A stretch of DNA of 64,000 nucleotides from Gammaproteobacteria bacterium. GTDB lineage: Bacteria; Pseudomonadota; Gammaproteobacteria; DSM-16500. The stretch lies in the NCBI GenBank assembly GCA_963692955.1, contig OY843587.1, positions 2,342,317-2,406,316 on the forward strand, given 5' to 3'. Below the pieces are notes generated by a model. It made no database searches, was not told the origin of the DNA, and saw only the letters and a program-made list of their open reading frames with translations. Shown one piece after another: positions 8,061-18,765 of the stretch. Position 1 is the first letter of the stretch, and each line of letters starts with the position of its first letter. The translations under genes were made by a program, and so were the position numbers.

Positions 8061-9645
8061 ATCCCATTTTCATTTCTGGGGTTTTTTGTAATGAGCCGGC
8101 AGTCTCAAGTTGTTTGATCAAGTTCATTTCTTCAGAAAACACTTGCTCTATGTTTTCATCTGCTTTAGCGGTTGGATGATTGGTTTTTTCGTTGATGCTA
8201 TCGAGAATTTTAGATTTTAGATCTTGAAAATTTAAAGTGTATTTTTGGCCGTGGATGATGCGCAAGCGTTCTGTCAATAAGTTAATAGCGTCTTGTTCTT
8301 TAACTTTCTCCGCGATCCTGCCTCTTAATTTCTTGGAGTCAGTGTTGGTCAGAACGGCTAACATTAAAATCAATAGTCGCACTGGGTTGGTAGCCGCGCC
8401 ATTGAATAAATTCATTAACATTTTTACGCGTAGCAAGCCGCGGCCGTCTTCTTTAGAAAAGAGGCTGACGCGAGCTTTGGCAAAAAAGCCATTTTTATCT
8501 TCTAGCGCGGCTTGTTCGTCGACTTTGCTGATATGATATTCCGATAAAGCCATATTTATTTCTTCGAGATATTCTTTTATTTTTACGTTGGAGAGAATAA
8601 TCGTATCATCTCGTTGTTCTTTCGCAAGCGCACTCGCACGGGCTTGAATGGCATCGGAAAAGTTTTTCCAAAATGTTTCGTCGGTACCGAATCTGTTAAA
8701 CTCTGCGTGATTATTGATAATCATCATACCCAGCGCGTCACCTTTGTCAGGTAAATAGGCGAAACATTCTCTTAAAGAAGGAATATACGGTTCTAGGACC
8801 GGGCTGCTCGCGTCAACAAATTTACGCGGCAGTATCGAGGCATTGTAGTAAGATTTAATTGTCGCTAAGAAACCCTCGCTGTTGTAGAGCGCTGTGAGCG
8901 CCGCGGTGTGATCCGCTGGGGAAGACTTGAAGATTTCATTCAACAACCTAAATGACTGGGGCGCTGGATATACTAACGAGGTTTTTTCATCTTCATTGTC
9001 TTTGAATTTTTCCGCTAAAATAAATAAACGTAAACGCGTGACTAGCGCGCCGAATTCTTGTGTATCCGCAAAAAATGTTTCGAGTAAATTCCAAATATAC
9101 GGTAGGCGGTCACTCTCAGTGACAGCATTGATCGAGCTTAATAAGCCATCCACTAACGCCAAGTCGGCCGCCAAAATGCCGGCAATTTTTTCTGATACGG
9201 CTATTCTTTCTGCGCACGTGAAGCGTTTATCTAAATGAAAACCTACCGGATTTTTTTGAGCTTCCGCATATTCGAATTGCTTGAGCTTGGCTGAACTTCC
9301 AGGGCGATTACAAAATTTAAAAAACCAAGTCATTAGCATTTCTTTATCGTTGAGGAAGTCAGCAAAATTTTTATCTTTTCTTTCTTGATCTTGCTTTGCT
9401 TCCGCCAGAGCGCGTTGCGAAGCGAGTTCTCTTTCTAATTTGAAATTATATTCAGGGCCTGTGATTGGATCTAACAAGATCAAAATCATTTTTATTAATT
9501 CTTGATTGGAGTTTGAACCAGGCTCGATTGGGCTGGTGAGGATAGCGGATTGTTTATCGAGTAATGCGTCACGCAATTGCGGATGATTTTGTAGAATGCC
9601 GAGAACTTCGTAATAATTTACAAATGGGGCGCGGGGGGAAGCCAT
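8059..9645 (-). CDS. hypothetical protein (528 aa), orphan, effector-like
   Basis: Long ORF with coding-like composition and no recognisable catalytic motif. It sits between the higBA islet and glyA. Confidence 0.55.
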   Translation of the reverse strand: MASPRAPFVNYYEVLGILQNHPQLRDALLDKQSAILTSPIEPGSNSNQELIKMILILLDPITGPEYNFKLERELASQRALAEAKQDQERKDKNFADFLNDKEMLMTWFFKFCNRPGSSAKLKQFEYAEAQKNPVGFHLDKRFTCAERIAVSEKIAGILAADLALVDGLLSSINAVTESDRLPYIWNLLETFFADTQEFGALVTRLRLFILAEKFKDNEDEKTSLVYPAPQSFRLLNEIFKSSPADHTAALTALYNSEGFLATIKSYYNASILPRKFVDASSPVLEPYIPSLRECFAYLPDKGDALGMMIINNHAEFNRFGTDETFWKNFSDAIQARASALAKEQRDDTIILSNVKIKEYLEEINMALSEYHISKVDEQAALEDKNGFFAKARVSLFSKEDGRGLLRVKMLMNLFNGAATNPVRLLILMLAVLTNTDSKKLRGRIAEKVKEQDAINLLTERLRIIHGQKYTLNFQDLKSKILDSINEKTNHPTAKADENIEQVFSEEMNLIKQLETAGSLQKTPEMKMG

Positions 9646-9785
9646 TAGCTTTTCTCCAAATGAAGGATGTATATTATAAGCGGAAGATTAATTTAATTGC
9701 AAAATATAGACAAATGCTGGGCATGAATCGATCAACACAATCCATTCCCGCCTACGCAGGAATGGGTTTCAAAGGGAGTAACGCG

Positions 9786-11057
9786 TCAAACCATTTCCAT
9801 TTTTATTTCGCCGTAAACGGGGAATCGTTGGCAGAGTTCTTTCGCTTTTTCTTTCACTTCTTCGATGACTTTTTCATTTTGCAAATCATTTAACACATCA
9901 CAAATCCAGCCAGATAACATTTCACATTCTTTTTCTTTGAAGCCGCGTGTCGTCACCGCCGGTGTGCCTAAGCGTATGCCGCTGGTGATGAACGGTGATT
10001 GGGGATCATTCGGCACGGAGTTTTTGTTGACGGTGATATGCGCTTTACCCAGGGCTGCGTCCGCGTCTTTGCCAGTTATTTTTTTTGCGATTAAATCGAC
10101 TAAAATTAAATGATTGTCGGTGCCGCCGCTGACAATGTTAAAGCCGCCGGCTTGCAACGCTTTCGCCATCGCGCGCGAATTGTTAAGCGTTTGTTGTTGG
10201 TAAATTTTAAAATCCGGTTGTAAGGCTTCTAAAAACGCGACGGCTTTCGCGGCGATCACGTGCATCAGGGGGCCGCCTTGATTGCCCGGAAAGACGCCGG
10301 AATTTAATTTTTTTTCTAAGTCGGGATTCGCTTTCGCTAAAATGATACCGCCGCGTGGGCCGCGTAGCGTTTTATGCGTGGTGGACGTGGTGACGTCGGC
10401 GATGTTAACCGGCGATGGATATAATCCCGTCGCGATTAAGCCCGCGACGTGCGCGACGTCCGCCAGTAAATACGCGTTCACGGAATCGGCGATGTCGCGT
10501 AAACGCTGCCAATCCACGACGCGCGAGTAAGCGGAAAAGCCGGAGACGATTAATTTTGGTTTGTGCTGCGCCGCGAGTTTTTCTATTTGGTCGTAATCGA
10601 TTAAACCGGTTTTCAAATCTAATCCGTAGTTAAAAAATTTATAAAATTTTCCGGAAAAATTCACCGGCGAACCATGCGTTAAGTGACCGCCTTCCGCTAA
10701 CGACATGCCTAACACCGTGTCGCCGGGCGCCAGCAGCGCCGCATACGCGGCGGTGTTCGCTTGTGAACCGGAGTGTGGTTGGACATTCGCGTACGCGGCG
10801 CCGAATAAGCGCTTAGCGCGCTCGATCGCTAATTCTTCGGCGACATCGACAAATTCACAGCCGCCGTAATAACGTTTACCCGGATAGCCTTCGGCATATT
10901 TATTCGTGAGCACCGAACCTTGCACTTCCAGTACTAATGGACTCGCGTAATTTTCGGAAGCGATTAATTCAATGTGGTCCTCTTGACGCGTCTCTTCATT
11001 TTTTAACACTTGGAAAATCGCGGGATCGAAGTCGCGTAACGAAATGTTTTTAAACAT
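9786..11057 (-). CDS. glyA: serine hydroxymethyltransferase
   Basis: PLP-lysine region [12 protein letters not shown] and HVTHGSPVN-like motifs. 423 aa. Last gene of the pur operon. Confidence 0.9.
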   Translation of the reverse strand: MFKNISLRDFDPAIFQVLKNEETRQEDHIELIASENYASPLVLEVQGSVLTNKYAEGYPGKRYYGGCEFVDVAEELAIERAKRLFGAAYANVQPHSGSQANTAAYAALLAPGDTVLGMSLAEGGHLTHGSPVNFSGKFYKFFNYGLDLKTGLIDYDQIEKLAAQHKPKLIVSGFSAYSRVVDWQRLRDIADSVNAYLLADVAHVAGLIATGLYPSPVNIADVTTSTTHKTLRGPRGGIILAKANPDLEKKLNSGVFPGNQGGPLMHVIAAKAVAFLEALQPDFKIYQQQTLNNSRAMAKALQAGGFNIVSGGTDNHLILVDLIAKKITGKDADAALGKAHITVNKNSVPNDPQSPFITSGIRLGTPAVTTRGFKEKECEMLSGWICDVLNDLQNEKVIEEVKEKAKELCQRFPVYGEIKMEMV

Positions 11058-11061
11058 GGGT

Positions 11062-11553
11062 TCATCCTTCAGGATTAACGTTTTCTAAAATAGTTTGCGC
11101 TTGTTTTTCGCGGTAATTTTTCAACTGCGTGCGAAATTCCGGATATTTTAAACTTAAAATCGCGGCCGCGTATAAACCCGCGTTGACACAACCCGCTTTG
11201 CCTATCGCCATGGTCGCGACGGGAATGCCGCCGGGCATTTGCACGATAGATAATAATGAATCCATGCCGTTCAACGCTTGCGACGGCATCGGACAGCCTA
11301 TCACTGGCAATAAGGTTTTTGCCGCGATAACGCCGGGTAAGTGGGCGGCGCCGCCCGCGCCCGCGATGATGACTTCGATGCCGCGTTCTTCCGCGGTCGC
11401 GACGTATTCGAATAAAGCGTCCGGCGTACGGTGCGCGGATAACACCCGTGCTTCATAGCCAATGCCTAAATTTTTTAACACGATACCTGCTTGTTCCATC
11501 ATAGGCCAATCTGATTTGGAACCCATGAGTATGCCGACTAAAGTTTTTGCCAT
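11062..11553 (-). CDS. purE: N5-carboxyaminoimidazole ribonucleotide mutase (class I PurE)
   Basis: GSKSDW...SAHRTPD...AGGAAHLPG is near-identical in pattern to E. coli PurE. Confidence 0.9.
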   Translation of the reverse strand: MAKTLVGILMGSKSDWPMMEQAGIVLKNLGIGYEARVLSAHRTPDALFEYVATAEERGIEVIIAGAGGAAHLPGVIAAKTLLPVIGCPMPSQALNGMDSLLSIVQMPGGIPVATMAIGKAGCVNAGLYAAAILSLKYPEFRTQLKNYREKQAQTILENVNPEG

Positions 11554-11565
11554 ATTTGCTGCCCT

Positions 11566-13116
11566 CTAATGTTTGAAACATCTATTTCCGGTAAACACCA
11601 TTGCGATACCGTGTTCATTACATGCGTTGATAACTTCATTGTCTTTCAGTGACCCGCCCGGTTGAATGACCGCGCGGATGCCGGTGTTAGCGATGCGGTC
11701 AATACTATCACGAAATGGAAAAAACGCATCGGAAGCCATAATCGTGCCGCGCGCCTTGTCGCCGGCTTTGCGCAGCGCGATTTCCACCGCGTCTATGCGT
11801 GAGACTTGTCCTGCCCCGACGCCGACGGTCGCGTCCGTCGTCGCGAGTAAAATAGCATTGGATTTGATGTGTTTTAACGTGCCCCAGGCGAATAACATCG
11901 CCGCCGTTTCTGCAGGGGTGGGCTGTTCGGTGGTCACGGTTTTCCAATCGGTGGGCGTGATGGCTTTGCTATCTTGGTCTTGGATCAGCAAACCGCCTTG
12001 GATAAATTTATAATCGAGAATGTCCACGGGTACGGCGTCTAAATTAAATTCCAACACGCGTAAATTGGGCTTGGTCGCCAGTAAGCTTAATGCTGCTGGA
12101 GAAAAACTCGGAGCGATGACGACTTCCACGAATACTTGCCCCAGCGCTTCGGCGATTTGTTTGTCGCAGGGACGGTTCAACGCGACGATGCCGCCGAACG
12201 CGGATTTGGCGTCAGCGTAAAAAGCTTTTTGAAACGCTGCGCCAATTTTTTCCGCGACGGCGACGCCGCAAGGATTGGCGTGTTTGACGACGACGCAAGC
12301 GGGTTGGGTAAATTCGCGTAAACACGCGATGGCCGCGTCGGCGTCGGCGATATTATTGTAAGACAATTGTTTGCCTTGATGCTGGCGTGCGGACAACACA
12401 CCAGAATTATCATTGGCGAATTGATAAGCGCTGGCGGCTTGATGTGGATTTTCTCCGTAGCGTAAGTCCGCGTGTTTTATTAAATGTAAAGCTATTTGCG
12501 CGGGGAAATCTGTTTTAACTTCAGCGCGGCCGAGGAGATAATTTTTAATAACTGCGTCATAGTCAGCGGTGTGCGCGAAGGCTTTGGCGGCTAACTGTTG
12601 GCGCGTGGCGCTGGTTAAGCCTTTTTCTCTGGTGAGCTCCACTGAAATTTTTTCATAGTCGGCGGGATCGACGATAACGCCTGCCCAACCCATATTTTTC
12701 GCGGCGGAACGGATTAACGTTGGGCCGCCGATATCGATATTTTCGATCGCTGCGTCGAAAGAGGCTAGTGGGTTGCTGATGGTTTTTGCAAAGGGATACA
12801 AATTAACGATGACTAAATCTATCCATTCGATTTGATGGCTTTGCGCTTCACTAGCGTGTTGGTCGCGTAAGCCTAGGATGGCGCCGTGGATTTTTGGATG
12901 CAGAGTTTTTACGCGGCCATCCATGATTTCTGGGAAGCCGGTAATATCAGCCACGTCGGTGACGGAGATGTTTTCTTTACGTAAAAATTCACTGGTGCCG
13001 CCGCTGGAAATTATTTTGATGTTGAGCGCTGCGAGTTGACGGGCGAAATCAGCCAAGCCGGTTTTGTCGGAGACTGAGATGAGCGCGCGTTTTACTGCTA
13101 CTTTTGCTTCATTCAT
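11566..13116 (-). CDS. purH: bifunctional AICAR transformylase / IMP cyclohydrolase
   Basis: N-terminal RALISVSDKTGL (MGS-like domain) and C-terminal AICARFT domain. 516 aa. Overlaps purN by 4 nt. Confidence 0.9.
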   Translation of the reverse strand: MNEAKVAVKRALISVSDKTGLADFARQLAALNIKIISSGGTSEFLRKENISVTDVADITGFPEIMDGRVKTLHPKIHGAILGLRDQHASEAQSHQIEWIDLVIVNLYPFAKTISNPLASFDAAIENIDIGGPTLIRSAAKNMGWAGVIVDPADYEKISVELTREKGLTSATRQQLAAKAFAHTADYDAVIKNYLLGRAEVKTDFPAQIALHLIKHADLRYGENPHQAASAYQFANDNSGVLSARQHQGKQLSYNNIADADAAIACLREFTQPACVVVKHANPCGVAVAEKIGAAFQKAFYADAKSAFGGIVALNRPCDKQIAEALGQVFVEVVIAPSFSPAALSLLATKPNLRVLEFNLDAVPVDILDYKFIQGGLLIQDQDSKAITPTDWKTVTTEQPTPAETAAMLFAWGTLKHIKSNAILLATTDATVGVGAGQVSRIDAVEIALRKAGDKARGTIMASDAFFPFRDSIDRIANTGIRAVIQPGGSLKDNEVINACNEHGIAMVFTGNRCFKH

Positions 13117-13697
13117 GCAAGCACCTTAGTGTCATTTATGTGGGTGATCGCGGCGATTAACGCTGCGCCTTCTAATTGCTGCACTTTCGTTTTCAAACTT
13201 TCCGGCGTATCGCCCGCGAGTACCGCGCATTTTTTTTGAATCAAGATGGGGCCGGCATCGACCGCTTCGGTGACGTAATGCACCGTGCAGCCAGTTTCTT
13301 GCACGCCCGCCGCCAACACCGCCGCGTGCACATCACCGTCCATGCCGCCGGCAAACGCGGGCAACAGCGACGGATGCACATTGATAATTTTATTCCGCCA
13401 GGTATTCACAAACCCAGGCGATAAAATCCGCAGGTAGCCGATCAGCACGACTAAGTCGACAGCGTGAGCGCGTAATTCACGGCTTAACAGTTCATCGTAG
13501 TCTGCGCGCGTCACGGCTTTAGCATCGATAAATTTAGCCGTTATATGATGCTCACGCGCGCGTTCTAGAATAATAGCGTGTTCTCTATTACTGATAACAA
13601 TTTCAATCGACGCGGATAATTTTTTTGTTTGCATAGCGTCGATTAACGCCAACATATCTGTGCCGCGCGTTGACCCTATGATGCCTAGACGTATCAT
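13113..13697 (-). CDS. purN: phosphoribosylglycinamide formyltransferase
   Basis: NVHPSLLP motif, 194 aa. Overlaps purD by 1 nt. Confidence 0.85.
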   Translation of the reverse strand: MIRLGIIGSTRGTDMLALIDAMQTKKLSASIEIVISNREHAIILERAREHHITAKFIDAKAVTRADYDELLSRELRAHAVDLVVLIGYLRILSPGFVNTWRNKIINVHPSLLPAFAGGMDGDVHAAVLAAGVQETGCTVHYVTEAVDAGPILIQKKCAVLAGDTPESLKTKVQQLEGAALIAAITHINDTKVLA

Positions 13698-15028
13698 TAG
13701 TAAGACCCGTAATGTTCTTCACGCAAACTTTTCATGTGCTGTATGCGTTTTTCGATTAAGGCCGGCGTGCCGATATCTTCGCGGTGAAATAGCTGTCCTT
13801 TAATAAGTTGAATCATTTCTTCGGCGCTGGCCTCCGCTGCAGCGAGCGTTTCCGCGATGCCGACGACGGCCGCGGTGCGCGAACCGGTGGCGTAGAGTTT
13901 GCCGTCCACGGCGTTGACCGCGCCTAAATATAAATTCTCATGCTGTTCGATTTCGCTGATATCGATCAAAATATTCTTTAACGGCGCGTCCGGGTAACCT
14001 TCCGGCACGGCGTATTTGCACACCGTGGCGAGGTGCGTAAATTCCGCCATGCTGGGATGCAACGTGCCGTCGAGCATCGCGAGACAAATTTCCACAAAAT
14101 CACTTTCTAAAATCGATAACACGTTCAAACATTCCGGATCGCCAAAGCGCGCATTGTATTCGATGAGCTTGATGCCTTTTTTGGTCGCCATAAAGCTGCC
14201 GTACAAAATTCCGATGTAGCGTTCGCGGTATTTCGCGGTGAGGGCGTTCATCATTGATTCATTGATGTGGCGCGCGTCTTCTAAATCTTTTTCGGTTAAA
14301 AACGGCAAGCTGTGGTTCGCGTCGGAATAACTGCCCATGCCGCCCGTGTTCGGACCAAGGTCGCCGTTGTACGCGCGTTTGTGATCTTGCACGGCGGGCA
14401 TCGTCACTAAGCGGTTGCCGTCGGATAAACACAGTAACGAAAATTCTTGGCCGATGAGTTTTTCTTCGATCACAAAGGTCTGGCCATTGGCAGTCAATTC
14501 AGCACAAAATTCTAGGGCTTCTTGAAAAGAATGCAAATGATCGCCCGCGACTTTCACGCCCTTGCCGCCCATCAAGCCATCGGCTTTAATGACGTAGCCA
14601 TCAGAACCTAAGTGTTGCAAAAATTGTTTTACTTCAAACGTATCCACGAACACGCGATATTCCGGTGACGCTTTGATTTGATATTTTTCTAATAATTCTC
14701 TGGTGAAGGCTTTACTCGTTTCGATTTGCGCCAATTGTTTTTTTGGGCCGATGGTAGGAATGCCTGCGTTCCAGAGCGCGTCGGCTAAACCGACTTCTAA
14801 CGGCGCTTCGGGGCCGATAAAAGCCATATCGATCTGCCAATTTTGCGCCTGCCGCACGATAATTTCAACCGCAGTGATAGCGCCTACCCAAAATCCTTTC
14901 GATAATGTTTCAATACCAGGATTATGCGAACTGCCGCAGCAAAAAATTTCCGGTTGGTGTTTCGAACGGCTTAACGCTTTTGCGATGGCGTGCTCGCGCG
15001 CGCCGGAGCCGATGATTAAAAATTTCAT
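13697..15028 (-). CDS. purD: phosphoribosylamine-glycine ligase
   Basis: MKFLIIGSGAREHAIAKAL N-terminus and ATP-grasp motifs. 443 aa. Confidence 0.9.
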   Translation of the reverse strand: MKFLIIGSGAREHAIAKALSRSKHQPEIFCCGSSHNPGIETLSKGFWVGAITAVEIIVRQAQNWQIDMAFIGPEAPLEVGLADALWNAGIPTIGPKKQLAQIETSKAFTRELLEKYQIKASPEYRVFVDTFEVKQFLQHLGSDGYVIKADGLMGGKGVKVAGDHLHSFQEALEFCAELTANGQTFVIEEKLIGQEFSLLCLSDGNRLVTMPAVQDHKRAYNGDLGPNTGGMGSYSDANHSLPFLTEKDLEDARHINESMMNALTAKYRERYIGILYGSFMATKKGIKLIEYNARFGDPECLNVLSILESDFVEICLAMLDGTLHPSMAEFTHLATVCKYAVPEGYPDAPLKNILIDISEIEQHENLYLGAVNAVDGKLYATGSRTAAVVGIAETLAAAEASAEEMIQLIKGQLFHREDIGTPALIEKRIQHMKSLREEHYGSY

Positions 15029-16503
15029 GCGTAACCCCGCTCGTCTTCACGCTGCGTTTGTAACATTTGGATGGTTTCTTCGTTGATGTTGCCGGTGACG
15101 TAGTTGCCATCCATACAGGCCATGCAGGGATGTGGAATCGGCGTGTCTAAGCGGCGGTTGACGGCTTCGACTAAATCATCCAACTCTTGATAAAGAAATT
15201 TATCGACGCCGATGAATTGGCGGATTTCTTCCGGGGTATGAACGGCCGCGATTAACTCCCCACGCGACGGCATGTCGATGCCGTAAAAACAGGGGTTTTT
15301 GATCGGCGGGCAAGCGGACACAAAATATATTTCTTTGGCGCCGAATTCACGCACCATTTTAACGATTTCACGGCAAGTGGTACCGCGCACGATACTATCG
15401 TCGACCATTAAAACTTTCTTACCTTCGATTTCACTGCGCTGAGGCGTTAATTTGTAACGCACGCTGCGGCTGCGTTCTTTGCCGTCGGGCATGATGAACG
15501 TGCGGCCGATGAAAGGATTTTTATAAAGTCCTTCGGAATAGCGCACCCCTAGCTCGTGCGCGAAGGATAACGCCGCGGTGTTCGAGGTGAACGGCACAGG
15601 GATGACGACATCGGGTATCGTGTCGGGATATTGTTCGCGCCACCGCTGCGCGAGATTTTGTCCCATGTACAAACGCGATTTATAAACGCCGATTTTATTT
15701 AACTGCGCATCGGGACGCGCGAAATAAACGTATTCAAAAATACACGGCTTAAATTCTTTGTTAGTGAGAACGCGGCGGAACAATTCACCACGGTTGCTCA
15801 CGAACACGACTTCACCGGCACCGACATCGCCCGCCGGTTCAAAGCCCAGCGAATAAAACATGGTATTTTCCGACGCGAAAATATAATCGCGCGTGCCGTC
15901 GGCGTTGACGCGCTCGCCCATCACTAACGGCCGGATGCCGTGCGGATCGCGAAACGCGATTAAGCCTTTACCGATAATGACGCTGACGGCGGAATAAGAG
16001 CCTTCGGCGCGCGCGTAAATATTTTTTACCGCGTCGCAAACGTTAGTAAAAAACTTTTCGCCGTCGTCTTCCGCGTGTTTACCCTGCTCTAAGCCGTCAG
16101 CGAGTAAATGCAAAATCACTTCGGAATCCACGGAAGAATTTAAATGGCGGTGTCTGACGTGCGTAATTTCATAAGCTAATTTTTTGTAATTGACTAAATT
16201 GCCATTGTGCGCGATGGCGATGCCGCGCGGGCTGCCAATCCACAACGGTTGCACGTCCGCGATTTCGTAACCACCGGCGGTGGGATAACGGGTGTGACCG
16301 ATGCCGACATTGCCGTATAAATGGCGGATATCGTCGGGACCAAAGACTTCGCGCACTAAACCGAGGCCATGTTTGACGTAGAAACGTTCGTTGCACGTCA
16401 ACATGCCCGCGGCGTCTTGACCGCGGTGCTGCAAGTGTATCAGGCTATCATGGATTTCAGCAGCAACGGGCTGATGGCTGAAAATTCCGACGATTCCGCA
16501 CAT
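15025..16503 (-). CDS. purF: amidophosphoribosyltransferase
   Basis: MCGIVGI N-terminal nucleophile. PRT-type domain with DDSIVRGTT. The CxxxC[M..] cluster CPPIKNPCFYGIDMP is present. Confidence 0.9.
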   Translation of the reverse strand: MCGIVGIFSHQPVAAEIHDSLIHLQHRGQDAAGMLTCNERFYVKHGLGLVREVFGPDDIRHLYGNVGIGHTRYPTAGGYEIADVQPLWIGSPRGIAIAHNGNLVNYKKLAYEITHVRHRHLNSSVDSEVILHLLADGLEQGKHAEDDGEKFFTNVCDAVKNIYARAEGSYSAVSVIIGKGLIAFRDPHGIRPLVMGERVNADGTRDYIFASENTMFYSLGFEPAGDVGAGEVVFVSNRGELFRRVLTNKEFKPCIFEYVYFARPDAQLNKIGVYKSRLYMGQNLAQRWREQYPDTIPDVVIPVPFTSNTAALSFAHELGVRYSEGLYKNPFIGRTFIMPDGKERSRSVRYKLTPQRSEIEGKKVLMVDDSIVRGTTCREIVKMVREFGAKEIYFVSACPPIKNPCFYGIDMPSRGELIAAVHTPEEIRQFIGVDKFLYQELDDLVEAVNRRLDTPIPHPCMACMDGNYVTGNINEETIQMLQTQREDERGYA

Positions 16504-16544
16504 TTATTTCATCCTCTAATGGCTGCTCTTAAAAAACTTTCTAC

Positions 16545-17543
16545 TCACGCTAGGTAAGCCGCCAAGTTACGCATAATGCGTTTTTCGACATTGCCGTCGG
16601 TCTCAGGAAAATGAAATTTGTGACCGGTGATCATTTCATACAATTGGATGTAGCGGGATGACAAGCGCACGATTAATTCTTCCGGCGCGCGCGGCAAATC
16701 CACGTCGTTGTACGGATCACAATGATCAATGAACCAGAGGCGGATAAATTCTTTGTCGATATTTTCCGGTTCTTGACCGTTCGCGAAACGCTCGGCGTAA
16801 CTGTGCGCTAACCAATAACGGCTAGAATCAGGCGTATGCATTTCATCGACGATAACGATGTTGCCGTCAGCGTCTTTGCCCATTTCATATTTGGTGTCCA
16901 CTAAAATTAACCCGTGTTTAGCCGCGGTTTGCACGCCGAACTCGAATAATTTTTTCGCGGCATGGGCGCATGTGTCCCAATCGGCTTGTGTCATCAAACC
17001 TTCTTTGACGATTTCTTCCGCGCTAATCGGTCTATCATGTACCGCGTCTTTGGTCGTCGGCGTTAACAAGGGCGCGTCGAGGCGTTGGTTTTTTACCAAG
17101 CCTTCCGGCAATACGTTACCGCAATAATTTCTGACGCCATTTTTATATTGCGTCCAGATCGAGGTACCGGTGGTGCCGGTGACAAAACCCCGCATCACGA
17201 ATTCGACGGGGAAAACTTCGCATTTCTTCGCGACCGTGACGTTCGGATCAGGGATCGCGATGACATGGTTGGGAATGATATGTTCAGTTTGTTCAAACCA
17301 CCAAGCGCTAGCGAGATTAAGCACTTGCCCTTTGAATGGGATAGCGGCCAAGACGCGGTCGAACGCGCTTAGTCTATCGGTGGTGATTAAAATTAATTTG
17401 TCCTCCAACTCGTAAGTATCGCGTACTTTGCCTTGGTATTTTTTACCCGCGGCGAGTGAAGTTTGCGTTAAGGTCTGAGCTAACGCTTGCTCAATTTGGT
17501 CGTGATAACTTTTATTGATAGTAGTAGCAGTCATGGGCATAGG
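16545..17543 (-). CDS. purC: SAICAR synthetase (long form)
   Basis: GKVRDTYE...LILITTDRLSAFD signature. The ORF-track start at 17573 overlaps purQS by 62 nt. An internal Met (MPMTATTINK, about 17543) is the likelier start. Confidence 0.85.
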   Translation of the reverse strand, partial: PMPMTATTINKSYHDQIEQALAQTLTQTSLAAGKKYQGKVRDTYELEDKLILITTDRLSAFDRVLAAIPFKGQVLNLASAWWFEQTEHIIPNHVIAIPDPNVTVAKKCEVFPVEFVMRGFVTGTTGTSIWTQYKNGVRNYCGNVLPEGLVKNQRLDAPLLTPTTKDAVHDRPISAEEIVKEGLMTQADWDTCAHAAKKLFEFGVQTAAKHGLILVDTKYEMGKDADGNIVIVDEMHTPDSSRYWLAHSYAERFANGQEPENIDKEFIRLWFIDHCDPYNDVDLPRAPEELIVRLSSRYIQLYEMITGHKFHFPETDGNVEKRIMRNLAAYLA

Positions 17544-18765
17544 GATTATATAAAATATGAGAGTTAATAACATGATCGGCTAATTGTTGAGTATCTTTTT
17601 CTTCACCTGCAACACTCCACAACACGCCGTGCCGGATAGAACGTATTCCTCGAATTCCATAATGGTGTTCTAGCATTTGCTTTTTTTGTTGTCCTAATAA
17701 ATCTTCTTTGGGACGTACCAAAAAAGAAGTATGGTTCTTACTTTTCACGGCCGCGGGCGGCACGGAAATTTCTTTGCGGTGATTAAACAACACGCCGCTG
17801 GCAATCACGGCTGCGTAGGCGGCCGGGGTATCGCAAGCGATTTCCCAGTGAATTTGCCGGCGTACTGTAGTAGGAATATTTTTACGGCGCAACGCATTTT
17901 CGACGGACATCGCGTGATTGTCGGTAATCATTAATTCGACGATCAATTCCTGCGTGTGTTCTGCGTTTTTAAAATTAACAATCGCGTCATGCCGCGGTTG
18001 GTAATGTAGTGGCGCGACCTTTTGAACGTGACCGCTAGCGATGTACTCGCGCATGGATTGAAAAATCGGATCACCGTTAATAGTTCGTTCCGGGTGCGGC
18101 ATCATCGCCATCACATTGCCCGCTTGGTTGGATACGGCGGCCAGATTGCAAATCGAACCATTTGGGTTCACTGGAAATTTATCAATGATGTTGCCGTCGG
18201 CGTCGCAATATTGAAATAAGCCTAAGCCTTGGGTTTGCATTTCCGTGAGCAAGCCAGGCGGAATGACAAACCGTCCTTCGCCATGCGCGATGGGGATAGT
18301 TAAAATATCTTGCGGCGATAAATAACGCGTGAAAGCGTTATATTGAAAATCATCCGTCAAACGTAGATGCACCCACGCGTTGTAATAACCCGTCCCTAAC
18401 ACTTGACCGTCACTAACGCGTTTATTTTCCGCGAGCGCCATGCCGACTTGGTGCCGCGCGATGCCCGGCACTAAACCGGTTTCCACTAAAATTTGCGCGC
18501 CGTTGCAAATACCTAACACGGGCTTGCCGTTATCGCTTTCTTGTTGAATCACTTTCATGATCGGATCAAGCGCTGCGATCGCGCCGGAACGGGAACGATC
18601 TTCGTAAGAAAAACCACCGACTATGATGTAGCCATCGAATGCTTTGAGCTTTTCTACCGGTTCGTTCCAGAGAAATTCTACCGCTGCCATTTGCGCGCGC
18701 TTAACGGCGAGTATGGTTTCGCGTTCGCAGTTTGAACCAGGAAATTGAATAATGCCTATGCGCAT
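17512..18765 (-). CDS. purQ: FGAM synthase glutaminase PurQ fused to C-terminal tandem PurS-like domains
   Basis: N-terminal MRIGIIQFPGSNCERE...GGFSYED...MPHPER is PurQ (class I amidotransferase). The C-terminal roughly 190 aa contain a clear PurS-like module (FLVRPKEDLLGQQKKQMLEHHYG...HILYNPYAHDCY, compare V.LKE.VLDPQG...LLANPVIEDY) preceded by a more degenerate one. Confidence 0.8.
   Translation of the reverse strand: MRIGIIQFPGSNCERETILAVKRAQMAAVEFLWNEPVEKLKAFDGYIIVGGFSYEDRSRSGAIAALDPIMKVIQQESDNGKPVLGICNGAQILVETGLVPGIARHQVGMALAENKRVSDGQVLGTGYYNAWVHLRLTDDFQYNAFTRYLSPQDILTIPIAHGEGRFVIPPGLLTEMQTQGLGLFQYCDADGNIIDKFPVNPNGSICNLAAVSNQAGNVMAMMPHPERTINGDPIFQSMREYIASGHVQKVAPLHYQPRHDAIVNFKNAEHTQELIVELMITDNHAMSVENALRRKNIPTTVRRQIHWEIACDTPAAYAAVIASGVLFNHRKEISVPPAAVKSKNHTSFLVRPKEDLLGQQKKQMLEHHYGIRGIRSIRHGVLWSVAGEEKDTQQLADHVINSHILYNPYAHDCYYYQ

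Noticed and set aside
11129-13424. Numerous 60-120 aa ORFs on both strands inside the purE/purH/purN genes (and likewise inside mvaS, mvaA, purL, dnaB, the potA ORF at 25297-25605, the integrase ORF at 52590-52793)
   Set aside because: They are nested in, or antisense to, strongly supported conserved genes in GC-rich DNA. This is typical spurious-frame noise.
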